DNA from: an uncultured Candidatus Saccharibacteria bacterium
GTDB taxonomy: Bacteria; Patescibacteriota; Saccharimonadia; Saccharimonadales; JACQNP01
Assembly: GCA_964610775.1 (NCBI GenBank)
Contig: CAZSZC010000001.1
Location: forward strand, 60,017-124,016
Direction: 5' to 3'
DNA: 64,000 bases
Below, one piece after another: positions 7,339 through 16,324 of this stretch. Position numbers and translations under genes: made by a program. Numbering within the stretch: position 1 is the stretch's first letter; the number at the start of each line of letters is the position of its first letter. The notes under the pieces are model-generated. The model made no database searches and was not told where the DNA came from. It saw nothing but the letters and a program-made list of their open reading frames with translations.

Positions 7339-8847
7339 ATGGCTAATTTAAAAGAACTGCGTGATGAGCGCCTACGTAAACTCGATGAGTTAAAGAAACT
7401 GGGGGTTAATCCATATCCAGCGGAAGTTCGACGTACGCATGATAATGTGCAGATTGTAGCTGATTTTGACAAGTTGGAGAATAAACCAGTTTCAGTAGTT
7501 GGTCGCATAGTAAGTATTCGTAAATTCGGTAAGATTGCCTTTGTAATAATTAAAGATGATAGTGGTGAATTACAACTATTTTGGCGGGCTAGCGACAAAG
7601 CCGCAGATTACGGTAATAGCCAATTGAGCATCAATGAAATAAATCTGCTAGACAGTGGTGATTTTGTTGAGTGCTCTGGCAAGGTTATAAAAACACAGAC
7701 AGGTGAAATATCTGTTGAGGTGGAAAGTCTACGGTTGTTAACGAAATCACTGCGTCCGATGCCCACCAAGCAAGATGGCTTCACAAATAAAGAAGAGCGA
7801 CTACGTCGTCGTTACGTCGACACTAATATCAATGATGATGTTTACCAACGTTTTATTCGCAGAAGTAAGTTTTGGAAGTTTACCCGCGAATTTTTAGATA
7901 AAAATGGTTTTTTGGAAATTAATATTCCAGTTCTGGAACATACCACTGGTGGAGCTGATGCAAATCCGTTTGTTACGCATATGGATGCGCTCGATCAAGA
8001 TTTTTATCTTAGGATTTCTCATGAATTACCACTGAAAAGATTAATAGGTGGTGGTTACGAAAAAGTTTATGATATTGGACCACGTTTCAGGAACGAGAAT
8101 TACTCCGATGAACATTTACCTGAACATGTGGCAATGGAGTGGTATTGGGCATATGCCGATTGGCGTGACGGTATGAAGTTTATGACCGAAATGTATAAAT
8201 ATGTTTTGGAGAAAACTTTTGGAACACTCAAATTTAAACTAGATAAGTTCGAGATTGATCTTAGTAAAGATTGGGAAGAGTGGGACTATTCTGAGACGAT
8301 CAAAAAGAAGTACGGTATAGACCCACTAAATTGTACGCTCGAAGAAGTTAAGAAAGAACTGAAAGATAATAAACTCGAAGTTGAGAAGACCGAGAATATT
8401 GCTCGAGGCATTGACAAACTCTGGAAGAATATTCGTAAAGACGTAGCTGGTCCTATTTGGCTGGTAAATACGCCGCTATTTATTAGTCCACTAGCCAAAG
8501 CAAATACTGATCGTCCAGATACTGTACAGCGATTTCAGCCAGTTATTGCCGGATCAGAGCTTGGTAATGGGTTTTCTGAGCTAAATGATCCGATTGATCA
8601 GTTAAATAGATTTATAGAACAGCAAAATATGCGTGACGAAGGTGATGACGAAGCGATGATGCTCGATATAGATTTTGTTGAAATGCTGGAATATGGAATG
8701 CCTCCGGCATGTGGCTGGGGTTATAGTGAAAGAGTTTTTTGGGTGTTCGAAGGAGTTAGTGCTCGTGAAGGTGTGCCGTTCCCACAACTCAGACATGAGA
8801 TTGACGAGCTAACAAAAAGTATATATCCAGATATAAAGTTTCAGTAA
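7339..8847 (+). CDS. lysS: Lysyl-tRNA synthetase, class II
   Basis: N-terminal OB-fold region (GRIVSIRKFGKIAFVIIKDDSGELQL) and class II core (RFRNE, GGADANPF, ELGNGFSELNDP, MPPACGWG). Confidence 0.9.
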   Translation: MANLKELRDERLRKLDELKKLGVNPYPAEVRRTHDNVQIVADFDKLENKPVSVVGRIVSIRKFGKIAFVIIKDDSGELQLFWRASDKAADYGNSQLSINEINLLDSGDFVECSGKVIKTQTGEISVEVESLRLLTKSLRPMPTKQDGFTNKEERLRRRYVDTNINDDVYQRFIRRSKFWKFTREFLDKNGFLEINIPVLEHTTGGADANPFVTHMDALDQDFYLRISHELPLKRLIGGGYEKVYDIGPRFRNENYSDEHLPEHVAMEWYWAYADWRDGMKFMTEMYKYVLEKTFGTLKFKLDKFEIDLSKDWEEWDYSETIKKKYGIDPLNCTLEEVKKELKDNKLEVEKTENIARGIDKLWKNIRKDVAGPIWLVNTPLFISPLAKANTDRPDTVQRFQPVIAGSELGNGFSELNDPIDQLNRFIEQQNMRDEGDDEAMMLDIDFVEMLEYGMPPACGWGYSERVFWVFEGVSAREGVPFPQLRHEIDELTKSIYPDIKFQ

Positions 8848-8867
8848 TCTTGCTATACTACTTGTAA

Positions 8868-9839
8868 ATGACAAATCCTGAGTTTGATCAGGGTGGGGAA
8901 GATGCCTTGCTGAGACAGCAGGAGATTTTCCATGAGAAGGTTCATTTGAACGAGCTACTTATAAATGATTTACACAAAAGAGGTGAGCTAAACGAAAATA
9001 TAACCAAAGGCGTTGCAGAAGATCTTGATGACAATTGTCCTTATATGTATAAACCAGTGCTTATAAGTGGTAGAGCTCTTGTATCAACTTTTGACGAGGG
9101 AACAGGCAATATTACTGGCATGGAATGGATGGACGTAGAGCATACGGGTATACACCTGGGTGTAAATATTCTCACAAACGAGGAATTTGATATGCAATTG
9201 ATTGTTCAACAGGTTCAGGTTGATACCATACAATCCAGACCTTTACCGACTGCCAGCCAGATTACTACACTGTTCGCGTTTTTTGATAATGATGCGAATA
9301 TTACTCCAATAGACGAGATAGAGGGCGTTTTTCATCCGTATTACATGAAAGAGGCGGAAGACGAGGATATCTATAAAGGTTTTAGGGATTTAGTTGATTT
9401 TTCTTCAGATTTTGCTCGCATGCTTAGAGATACTAAATTTAGGCGAATGGACAGAAAGAAGCAACTCAGCTTAGTAAGTAGCGTCATTAGTGATATATCA
9501 AATACAATTAGTATTTCTGAACTCGAGGTAATTATACAGACTCAATACTGCTATGCTCCAGTACTGCGAAATGAAAGACAGGTGGGCGTTGCCGCGATTG
9601 CTGTAGACGATTGTGTTATATCCGGAACGTGTATGGGGGTAGATAGCTTGGAGAGAATAAGATTACCGGTGCAAAAAATAAGAAGTGATAAGCAACTAAT
9701 CGATAAATACGCGGGAATTTGCATTGTGATTGATCCGGATGAATCAACTCGAGTTGGTATGGATTTACTACCGGACCAGGTGCTCTTTATTCCAACAGCA
9801 AGCCAATCATTCGAAATAGAGATTATTCCTACGGATTAG
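8868..9839 (+). CDS. Hypothetical cytoplasmic acidic protein (323 aa)
   Basis: Long ATG ORF with TGCTATACT (-10 at 8854-8859) 8 nt upstream. No motif I can recognise. Confidence 0.5.
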   Translation: MTNPEFDQGGEDALLRQQEIFHEKVHLNELLINDLHKRGELNENITKGVAEDLDDNCPYMYKPVLISGRALVSTFDEGTGNITGMEWMDVEHTGIHLGVNILTNEEFDMQLIVQQVQVDTIQSRPLPTASQITTLFAFFDNDANITPIDEIEGVFHPYYMKEAEDEDIYKGFRDLVDFSSDFARMLRDTKFRRMDRKKQLSLVSSVISDISNTISISELEVIIQTQYCYAPVLRNERQVGVAAIAVDDCVISGTCMGVDSLERIRLPVQKIRSDKQLIDKYAGICIVIDPDESTRVGMDLLPDQVLFIPTASQSFEIEIIPTD

Positions 9840-9923
9840 TGAATATGAAAATTACGTAAATTCGTTGTTCATAACACAAACGGAATCACTCGCATCAAAG
9901 TACGATTTTAGATACAATTAAAA

Positions 9924-10673
9924 ATGAATGGAGGGGTTTTGATAGAAGTTAAAAACATTAGCAAAGTTTATGGAAAGAAAGACAATCTATTCATTGCACT
10001 TAATGATATTAGCTTAACTATTCCAGATGGTGCCACTGTGGCAATTACAGGTAAAAGCGGTAGTGGCAAAAGTACCCTCATGCACATAATGAGCGGCATT
10101 GATCACCCAAACGAGGGTGAGGTTATTGTGAATGGTAAGGATCTACACTCGCTCAAGAAAAAAGAGATGGATCGATTTCGTGCCGAGGAAATGAGCTTTA
10201 TTTTTCAGGCATTTTTTATCGAGGCTAATCAGTCTTGTTATCAAAACGTGGCGCTACCACTCGAGATCGCTGAGATTCCAAGTCGCCGTCGCCGTACAAT
10301 GGTGGAAAAAGCACTAGGCCGTGTTGACCTTAGTGAAAAGATAGATAGTAAAGCTGGTGACTTATCAGGTGGTCAAAAGCAACGACTTGCAATTGCTCGT
10401 GCGATTGTTAACAAACCCCAAATTATTTTTGCCGATGAGCCAACTGGTAACCTTGATTCTGCAACCGGTGATAAAATTATTGACTTACTATTTGAGCTTA
10501 ATAAGAAGCTCGGTTGTACCTTGTGTATTGTTACTCATGATGATGAGCTTGCGGAGCGATGCAAAATAAGAATACAGGTTAAAGACGGTGAAGTTGTGTC
10601 TATGACCGGCCGATCTGTATCTAAGCCTAAGACAAAAACGACTACTAGGAAGAAAGCTGGGGCTAAGTCATGA
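9924..10673 (+). CDS. ABC transporter ATP-binding protein (MacB/LolD-like) with Lys/Thr-rich C-terminal tail
   Basis: Walker A GKSGSGKST, signature LSGGQKQR, Walker B IIFADEPTGNLD, H-loop VTHD. The tail is SKPKTKTTTRKKAGAKS. Confidence 0.85.
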   Translation: MNGGVLIEVKNISKVYGKKDNLFIALNDISLTIPDGATVAITGKSGSGKSTLMHIMSGIDHPNEGEVIVNGKDLHSLKKKEMDRFRAEEMSFIFQAFFIEANQSCYQNVALPLEIAEIPSRRRRTMVEKALGRVDLSEKIDSKAGDLSGGQKQRLAIARAIVNKPQIIFADEPTGNLDSATGDKIIDLLFELNKKLGCTLCIVTHDDELAERCKIRIQVKDGEVVSMTGRSVSKPKTKTTTRKKAGAKS

Positions 10674-12034
10674 AAACAGTAGATGTATTAAAGCGCTCCA
10701 ACAGATCATTATTAAGCGCAAAGGCTAGGACTATTTTAACTGCTCTTGCTATTTCGGTTGGAACTTTTGCATTAACTTTAACGCTTGCTGCTAGTAATGG
10801 CGCACAAAATTTTGTTAATAAGATAATATCTGAAAATTTTGATCCTGCCGAGTTAATAGTAACAGCTGATCCAGATGTCTTGGGTAGGGCGGATACCAGC
10901 AAGCCCAAAGAGTATGACCCGAGTTTTGGCAGCTTTGTATCGAATGCGGGAGCGCCAGTACAGATTAAGCGTATAACAAACGAGGACATCAAAAAGATTG
11001 AACAGTTGGATGGTGTTGAGAAAGTGCGTGAAGGCGTGTCGGTTAATTTGCGGTATCTAACTAGAGAGGGCCAGAAAAAATATGTCGGCACGGTCGGTGT
11101 GTTTAGCCCATATCAAAAGCCAGAATTATTAGCGGGACAGGTTCCAGATCCATTGAATAACAAGCAGTTATTATTACCAGAGGCATTTCTGAGCTCGTTG
11201 GGTTTTAGTTCTGCTCAAGATGCTATAGGCAAGAAGCTTACCCTAGTGGTTAATAAGCCAATTAATCCTGATGCCGCAAAACAGGCATTGTCACAAGGTA
11301 TAAGTGGGCAAGATGCTCAGCAAATCGCTAATAATAATTCAGTAGCCGAAGAATTCACGATCGCAGCCGTCTTGAAAAAACCTACAACTGCACAGCCTGG
11401 AACTGAGCTTTATATTCTTGGCGGTATTGACGATGTTAAGAGGCTTAATGATGTAACAACTAATGGAACAGACAACTACGGTAAATATAGCTATATATTT
11501 GTAAGAGTTAAAGGCGGTGAAGATAAAACCAAGCTAACTGCTGTACAGAATGAGCTAAAGAACCTAGGCTTCGAGGCGCAAAGCGTTGAAGATACACAGA
11601 AGTTCCTAACTCAGATAATCAGCGTTCTGCAGGGTATAGTTGCGACATTTGGCATGATTGCTGTCATCGCTTCGGTGTTTGGTATTGTTAACACTATGTA
11701 CATCAGTGTCTTGCAGCGTACCCGTGAGATAGGTTTAATGAAGGCGCTGGGTATGCGCAAACGCGATGTGGGCAGATTGTTTAGGTTTGAGGCAGCTTGG
11801 ATTGGCTTCATCGGGGGTACTATCGGCGCTCTACTTGCTGTAATTGCTGGTACCGCGCTAAATCCATTCATCACCGACAAGCTCGAGCTAGGTAAGGATA
11901 GGTTACTAGTTTTTGATATAAAACAGATAGTAATCCTTATAGTGGCGCTTATAGTTGTCGCCATATTAGCTGGGTTACTTCCAGCTCGTAAAGCTGCAAA
12001 ACTTGATCCTATCGAAGCACTAAGAACAGAGTGA
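10670..12034 (+). CDS. ABC transporter permease, FtsX/MacB-type with large periplasmic domain
   Basis: N-terminal TM, a roughly 270-aa extracytoplasmic domain, then the C-terminal FtsX-like 3-TM bundle (RTREIGLMKALGMRKRDV...). ATGA overlap with the ATPase gene. Confidence 0.8.
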   Translation: MKTVDVLKRSNRSLLSAKARTILTALAISVGTFALTLTLAASNGAQNFVNKIISENFDPAELIVTADPDVLGRADTSKPKEYDPSFGSFVSNAGAPVQIKRITNEDIKKIEQLDGVEKVREGVSVNLRYLTREGQKKYVGTVGVFSPYQKPELLAGQVPDPLNNKQLLLPEAFLSSLGFSSAQDAIGKKLTLVVNKPINPDAAKQALSQGISGQDAQQIANNNSVAEEFTIAAVLKKPTTAQPGTELYILGGIDDVKRLNDVTTNGTDNYGKYSYIFVRVKGGEDKTKLTAVQNELKNLGFEAQSVEDTQKFLTQIISVLQGIVATFGMIAVIASVFGIVNTMYISVLQRTREIGLMKALGMRKRDVGRLFRFEAAWIGFIGGTIGALLAVIAGTALNPFITDKLELGKDRLLVFDIKQIVILIVALIVVAILAGLLPARKAAKLDPIEALRTE

Positions 12035-12041
12035 CATTATT

Positions 12042-12344
12042 GTGAAAGCTATACTCAAAGACAAAATAATTGCAGAAGCTAAACGACAAGAGCTAATTTA
12101 TATAGAGGGTAATTGGTATTTTCCTCCCTCACGAGTAAATATGGAATATTTACAAAAAAGCGATACTCCGTATACCTGTCCCTGGAAAGGGGTCTGTCAA
12201 TACTTTGATGTGTTGGCTGGCGAAGAAAATGCAAAAGACAGTGCCTGGTGTTATCCGGATCCACTACCTAATGCAATAGAACGAGTTAAAAAAGACTTTA
12301 GTAACTATATTGCGTTCTGGCGAGAGGTAACGGTAAGTCAGTAG
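12042..12344 (+). CDS. DUF427-like small protein
   Basis: IEGNWYFPP.....YL..S....CPWKGVCQYFDV matches my recollection of the DUF427 signature (Y.P......l..s...t.C.yKG.A.Yy.v). GTG start. Confidence 0.55.
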   Translation: MKAILKDKIIAEAKRQELIYIEGNWYFPPSRVNMEYLQKSDTPYTCPWKGVCQYFDVLAGEENAKDSAWCYPDPLPNAIERVKKDFSNYIAFWREVTVSQ

Positions 12345-12727
12345 ATGGAGACAATAGTTTTGGGCGGTGGATGTTTCTGGTGCTTAGAAGCAACCTACCG
12401 ATTGGTTAGGGGTGTTGAAAAAGTTATTCCAGGCTAACATTCGACCCTTCGATCATAGAACTAAGTGAATTGCTTGAAATATTTTGGATTATTCATGATC
12501 CTACAACTATAAATAGACAAGGTAATGACGTTGGAGAGCAATATCGCTCGGTCGTTTTATATGATAACGATACTCAAAAGCAGGTTGTCGAAAATTCGCT
12601 CGATTACGCAGAACATCATAATTATTTTCAGACACATCCTGAGCAGTCTTATTGTCAGCTCGTAATAAATCCTAAATTGCAAAAATTACGTTCTAAATTT
12701 GCCAGTAAGTTAAAAGATGACTATTAA
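12345..12727 (+). pseudogene. msrA: Peptide methionine-S-sulfoxide reductase MsrA, disrupted (internal deletions plus frame change)
   Basis: 12345-12437 encodes [30 protein letters not shown] followed by TAA. A different frame from 12437 encodes TFDPSIIELSELLEIFWIIHDPTTINRQGNDVGEQYRSVVLY...AEHHNYFQTHPEQSYCQLVINPKL. The roughly 25-codon Y.GG..NPTYE.VC.G.TGHAEVV block between the two pieces is missing. Confidence 0.7.
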
Positions 12728-13405
12728 ACCCTTTGCGATAAAATATATTCCTAGAATAAGGCATATCCATTTGATGCTGGCTTTGTAGTTTTTGTTAAGT
12801 ATTGGGTCGACGCGTTGTTCCAGAAACTTAAGCGCATCAGGCCGCTTTAATGATGCTCCAAGAAGGCCAAGAAATGGCAACATACCAATACAAATAGTCC
12901 AAAATACCCCAAGTAAAATCAAAATGTAGTTATCGGTATATTCTTTAATTAATTTTGTTGCAGCGAGTATTCCAATTATGCTCGTGAAGCTAAGCGCAGA
13001 GCGGAAAAATGCAAAACTAAAAATAGATGCGTATGACAATGATGCTGTACTTTTTTTGAAAGCTTCGGCCGTTTTTGCGGGTAAATCCTGGTGATTTATA
13101 AATTGTCGGATAGCAATAAGTATCAAAATTATACCGATCGCAATATTCACAACAGGAGAAAGTTGAATACTGCTATGGAATGGCTGTAAGTATGTGTCTT
13201 CCTGAAAAATGACAGCACCAACTAGGGCAAATAATATAAGTGGAGTTGCTACACCGATCATAAAAATCAACGTATTTAACAGGGGTTTTTTAGATTTAAG
13301 GATAATTACTAACTCAGAAATAAGTAGTAGAGGGTTGAATGCAACAAATATGCCTAGAAAACTTAATTCTAGTACTAGCACCATAAGCTTAAGTAAATTC
13401 TCCAT
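12710..13405 (-). CDS. Polytopic membrane protein (possibly GAP/DUF2910-like)
   Basis: 231 aa with about 6 hydrophobic helices. The family guess rests only on overall architecture. The 3' end overlaps the msrA remnant by 18 nt (convergent). Confidence 0.45.
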   Translation of the reverse strand: MENLLKLMVLVLELSFLGIFVAFNPLLLISELVIILKSKKPLLNTLIFMIGVATPLILFALVGAVIFQEDTYLQPFHSSIQLSPVVNIAIGIILILIAIRQFINHQDLPAKTAEAFKKSTASLSYASIFSFAFFRSALSFTSIIGILAATKLIKEYTDNYILILLGVFWTICIGMLPFLGLLGASLKRPDALKFLEQRVDPILNKNYKASIKWICLILGIYFIAKGLIVIF

Positions 13406-13461
13406 GTCGTATTAATAATACTTCGGTAGTCCGCCAAGACCAAGTGTGATAAAGTTGTTGC

Positions 13462-14388
13462 ATGGCTACAACTACTAAATCAACCAAGGCAAAGACCAAA
13501 ACTGCAAAACCTAAATCCACCAAAACCACAAAGCCTAAAACAGCTAGTGCAAAAACACAAAAATCCACGACAAAAAAAGCTGTCCAAAAATCAGCCAAAA
13601 CGGCTGCAGTTATTACTAGATCTAGCAATGGTATGCTGCAAAAACTATACGCAATTAGTATTGCTGTGTATGTTGCGATTTTTGGTGCCGCATTGTTTCT
13701 TATGGGACAAAAGAGTTATCAACTAAGTATTGGTTATTGGACTCGAGATGAGCTCGCAAGTAAAACTTCTACGGTTTTTGCACCCGCGACACAAGGCTTA
13801 ATCGATGTACAAATTCGCTGGGTTGTCATGGCGATAGCTGTCGTTTCTGTAGTTATGCCAGTACTTTATTTGACTAGACTAAAGAGCTATCACCAAAAAG
13901 CCATGAAGAATAAAGTTCTACCAACTCGCTGGCTGGATATGGCGTTAGTCGGGGCTATTATGCTCGAAACCGTAGCAATTGTTAGCGGTGTTTTGGATAT
14001 AGGAACGCTGAAATTAGTCGGTGGTCTTATGGTGGTGACCTGTATTCTTGGCTGGATGGCCGAAAAACGAACTGCCGAGGCTGGACGCCCGGCAACTGCA
14101 AAGTACTACTTAAGTATGCTTACAGGATTATTGCCTTGGGTGTTAATTGTACTCTATGCAATTGCTACGCCCATCTATGGGGCAGTTAGGTCGCCATGGT
14201 ACGTCTATACTCTATATGCGGTGATGTTAATTGGCGCTGGTCTAATCGGAAGTAACCAACTCAAGGGACTTAGGGGTAAAGGTAAGCAGGCCAATTATGA
14301 AGTAGTGGAACAGAATTATGCCACACTCTCACTGTTGGTACGTACCGCTTTTGCTGTTGTTCTCATTGTTGGCCTAATGGCCAAATAG
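13462..14388 (+). CDS. Heliorhodopsin-like 7-TM protein lacking the retinal-binding lysine (Arg294), with Lys/Thr-rich N-terminal tail
   Basis: Seven hydrophobic helices follow a 50-aa KTKTAKPKSTK-type tail. Ungapped matches to recalled heliorhodopsin 48C12 motifs: MKN.....RW(L/V)(D/E), GW..EK, (L/V)PW, GKGK..NY...E..Y..LSL. See finding. Confidence 0.55.
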   Translation: MATTTKSTKAKTKTAKPKSTKTTKPKTASAKTQKSTTKKAVQKSAKTAAVITRSSNGMLQKLYAISIAVYVAIFGAALFLMGQKSYQLSIGYWTRDELASKTSTVFAPATQGLIDVQIRWVVMAIAVVSVVMPVLYLTRLKSYHQKAMKNKVLPTRWLDMALVGAIMLETVAIVSGVLDIGTLKLVGGLMVVTCILGWMAEKRTAEAGRPATAKYYLSMLTGLLPWVLIVLYAIATPIYGAVRSPWYVYTLYAVMLIGAGLIGSNQLKGLRGKGKQANYEVVEQNYATLSLLVRTAFAVVLIVGLMAK

Positions 14389-14391
14389 TCT

Positions 14392-15636
14392 ATGACTGAA
14401 CAAGTAAGAATATCCAAGCTTGTTCATGGCGGACAGGCTATCGGTGATCTAGCTGATGGCCGTAAGGTATTTGTTTGGAATGCATTGCCTGGAGAGTTGG
14501 TAGAAGTTCAGATTACACGAAAAAGAAAAGACTATTGTGAGGGAATCGCCGAAAAAATTATCGAATCGTCGCCTGAACGCGTTTCACCAAAAGACGAAGC
14601 ATACTTAAGTACTAGCCCTTGGCAAATACTTGATTTCGAAGCAGAAAATAAATATAAGAAAAATATATTGGAAGAAACATTAAGCCGCGAAAAGATTAGT
14701 TACGACAGGGAAATATCATTATCCACTGATAACAAACAGTGGCGTTATCGTAATAAAATGGAGTATTCTTTCTGGGCTGACGAAAGTGGTCTTCATCTGG
14801 CTTTATTTAACAGAGGTAGCCATGGTAAACGTATTGTCCCTGGTAGTAGTATTGCGCGCAGGGAGATCGACGAGACGGCTACCAAAATTCTAGTAGAATT
14901 AAATAAAGCCCAAATTCGAGGCAGTCAATTAAAGACATTAGTTGTTCGCTGTAATCAGCAGGGCGAGACAGTTGCGGCGCTGTTCGTGAAGGATGAAGAA
15001 TTTCCAAAATTACCGAGTTTACAGGCGGACTGCATAGGAATGGTAGTGTGTTATTCTACGCCGAAAAGTCCAGCTAGCGTACTGACGCGTCAGCTCTATA
15101 AATTTGGCGACGTAACCTTATCTGATGATCTTTTAGGAACTAATGTTAAGTATGGTGTTAATTCGTTTTTTCAAGTCAATATACCGGTATTCGAGTTAGC
15201 CTTAAATCGCATAGGTGAGTATTTAAACGGTTGCGAAAAAATTGATCTGTACTGTGGTGTTGGTTCGATTGGAGTTGCGCTCGGTAGTACAGAAGTCTTT
15301 GTTGATACCGACGCCCAAAACTGTGAGTATGCACGAATTAATGTAGCGAAGAGTGGCAAGGTGGTTCATGCAAACTCAGAGTATGTATTAGATTATGTTT
15401 CGGCCAACCAGGCACTTATAGTTGATCCGCCGCGAGCAGGTATGCATAGAAAACTAGTAGATAGAATTAATGAGGTTAAGCCGCTGATGGTTGCTTATCT
15501 TAGTTGCAACCCCAGCACGCAGGCTCGTGACCTTTCGTTACTCGAAACAAACTACGAATTAAAAACCGTTGAGGGTTACAACTTTTTCCCAAAAACACCA
15601 CACATAGAATCGTTAGCTGTTATGATTAGAAAATGA
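14392..15636 (+). CDS. TRAM-domain RNA (uracil-5-)-methyltransferase, RumA/TrmA family
   Basis: N-terminal TRAM-like barrel (GGQAIGDLADGRKVFVWNALPGELVEVQITRKRKDY), FFQVN, DLYCGVGSIG (SAM motif I), VDPPRAG, and YLSCNPSTQARD with the catalytic Cys. Confidence 0.8.
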   Translation: MTEQVRISKLVHGGQAIGDLADGRKVFVWNALPGELVEVQITRKRKDYCEGIAEKIIESSPERVSPKDEAYLSTSPWQILDFEAENKYKKNILEETLSREKISYDREISLSTDNKQWRYRNKMEYSFWADESGLHLALFNRGSHGKRIVPGSSIARREIDETATKILVELNKAQIRGSQLKTLVVRCNQQGETVAALFVKDEEFPKLPSLQADCIGMVVCYSTPKSPASVLTRQLYKFGDVTLSDDLLGTNVKYGVNSFFQVNIPVFELALNRIGEYLNGCEKIDLYCGVGSIGVALGSTEVFVDTDAQNCEYARINVAKSGKVVHANSEYVLDYVSANQALIVDPPRAGMHRKLVDRINEVKPLMVAYLSCNPSTQARDLSLLETNYELKTVEGYNFFPKTPHIESLAVMIRK

Positions 15637-16319
15637 GGCTGCACAGATTTTATATTAGCTCTGAAACCAAATTGAAGCACGATTTTTGGTTACACGACCA
15701 AGATGTAATTAATCAGTGGCGTCGGGTCTTGCGATATCGTGATGGGCAAGAAGTGGTTTTGTTTGATGGGCTTACAGAAGATCGGCTTTATAAAATTGTT
15801 GAGCTGACAGAACGTGAAGCTCATTTGCAACTAATCACAGAAATGAAACGACAAGTTCCGAAAAAAGAGGTCTACTTATTTTGGTCACTATTAAAGAAAG
15901 ATAAGAATGATTGGGTATTGCAGAAATGTACAGAGTTGGGGGTTAGTCACTTCGTCCCATTACTGGCAGATCGATCAGAAAAGACAGGCTTCAATGTTGA
16001 GCGTGCCCAAAAAATTATTTTAGAAGCGGTCGAGCAGTGCGGAAGGAGTGACGTACCAACTGTTCGAGAACCATTACTTGTTAATACTGTGCTTGAAGAG
16101 TTCGCGGATAAGATACCGCTTTTTATTTGTGAGCGGGGTGAAGAAAGTTTAGCTAATGATTTTGACAGTCTTGGTTTCTTAATTGGTCCAGAGGGTGGCT
16201 GGTCAGATGCCGAAAAAACTTTATTCAAAAGTCGTGGTTTATTGCATGTAAATTTACATGATTTTACTCTTCGCGCCGAAACCGCCTGCGTCTCTGCGTC
16301 AGCATTGCTGTTACAATAA
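15633..16319 (+). CDS. rsmE: 16S rRNA (uracil1498-N3)-methyltransferase
   Basis: MRLHRFYI start, ...KMDWVLQKCTELGV..F.PL...RS and IGPEGGWSDAE are typical of RsmE (SPOUT). ATGA overlap with the upstream gene. Confidence 0.85.
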   Translation: MRLHRFYISSETKLKHDFWLHDQDVINQWRRVLRYRDGQEVVLFDGLTEDRLYKIVELTEREAHLQLITEMKRQVPKKEVYLFWSLLKKDKNDWVLQKCTELGVSHFVPLLADRSEKTGFNVERAQKIILEAVEQCGRSDVPTVREPLLVNTVLEEFADKIPLFICERGEESLANDFDSLGFLIGPEGGWSDAEKTLFKSRGLLHVNLHDFTLRAETACVSASALLLQ

Positions 16320-16324
16320 CGTCT

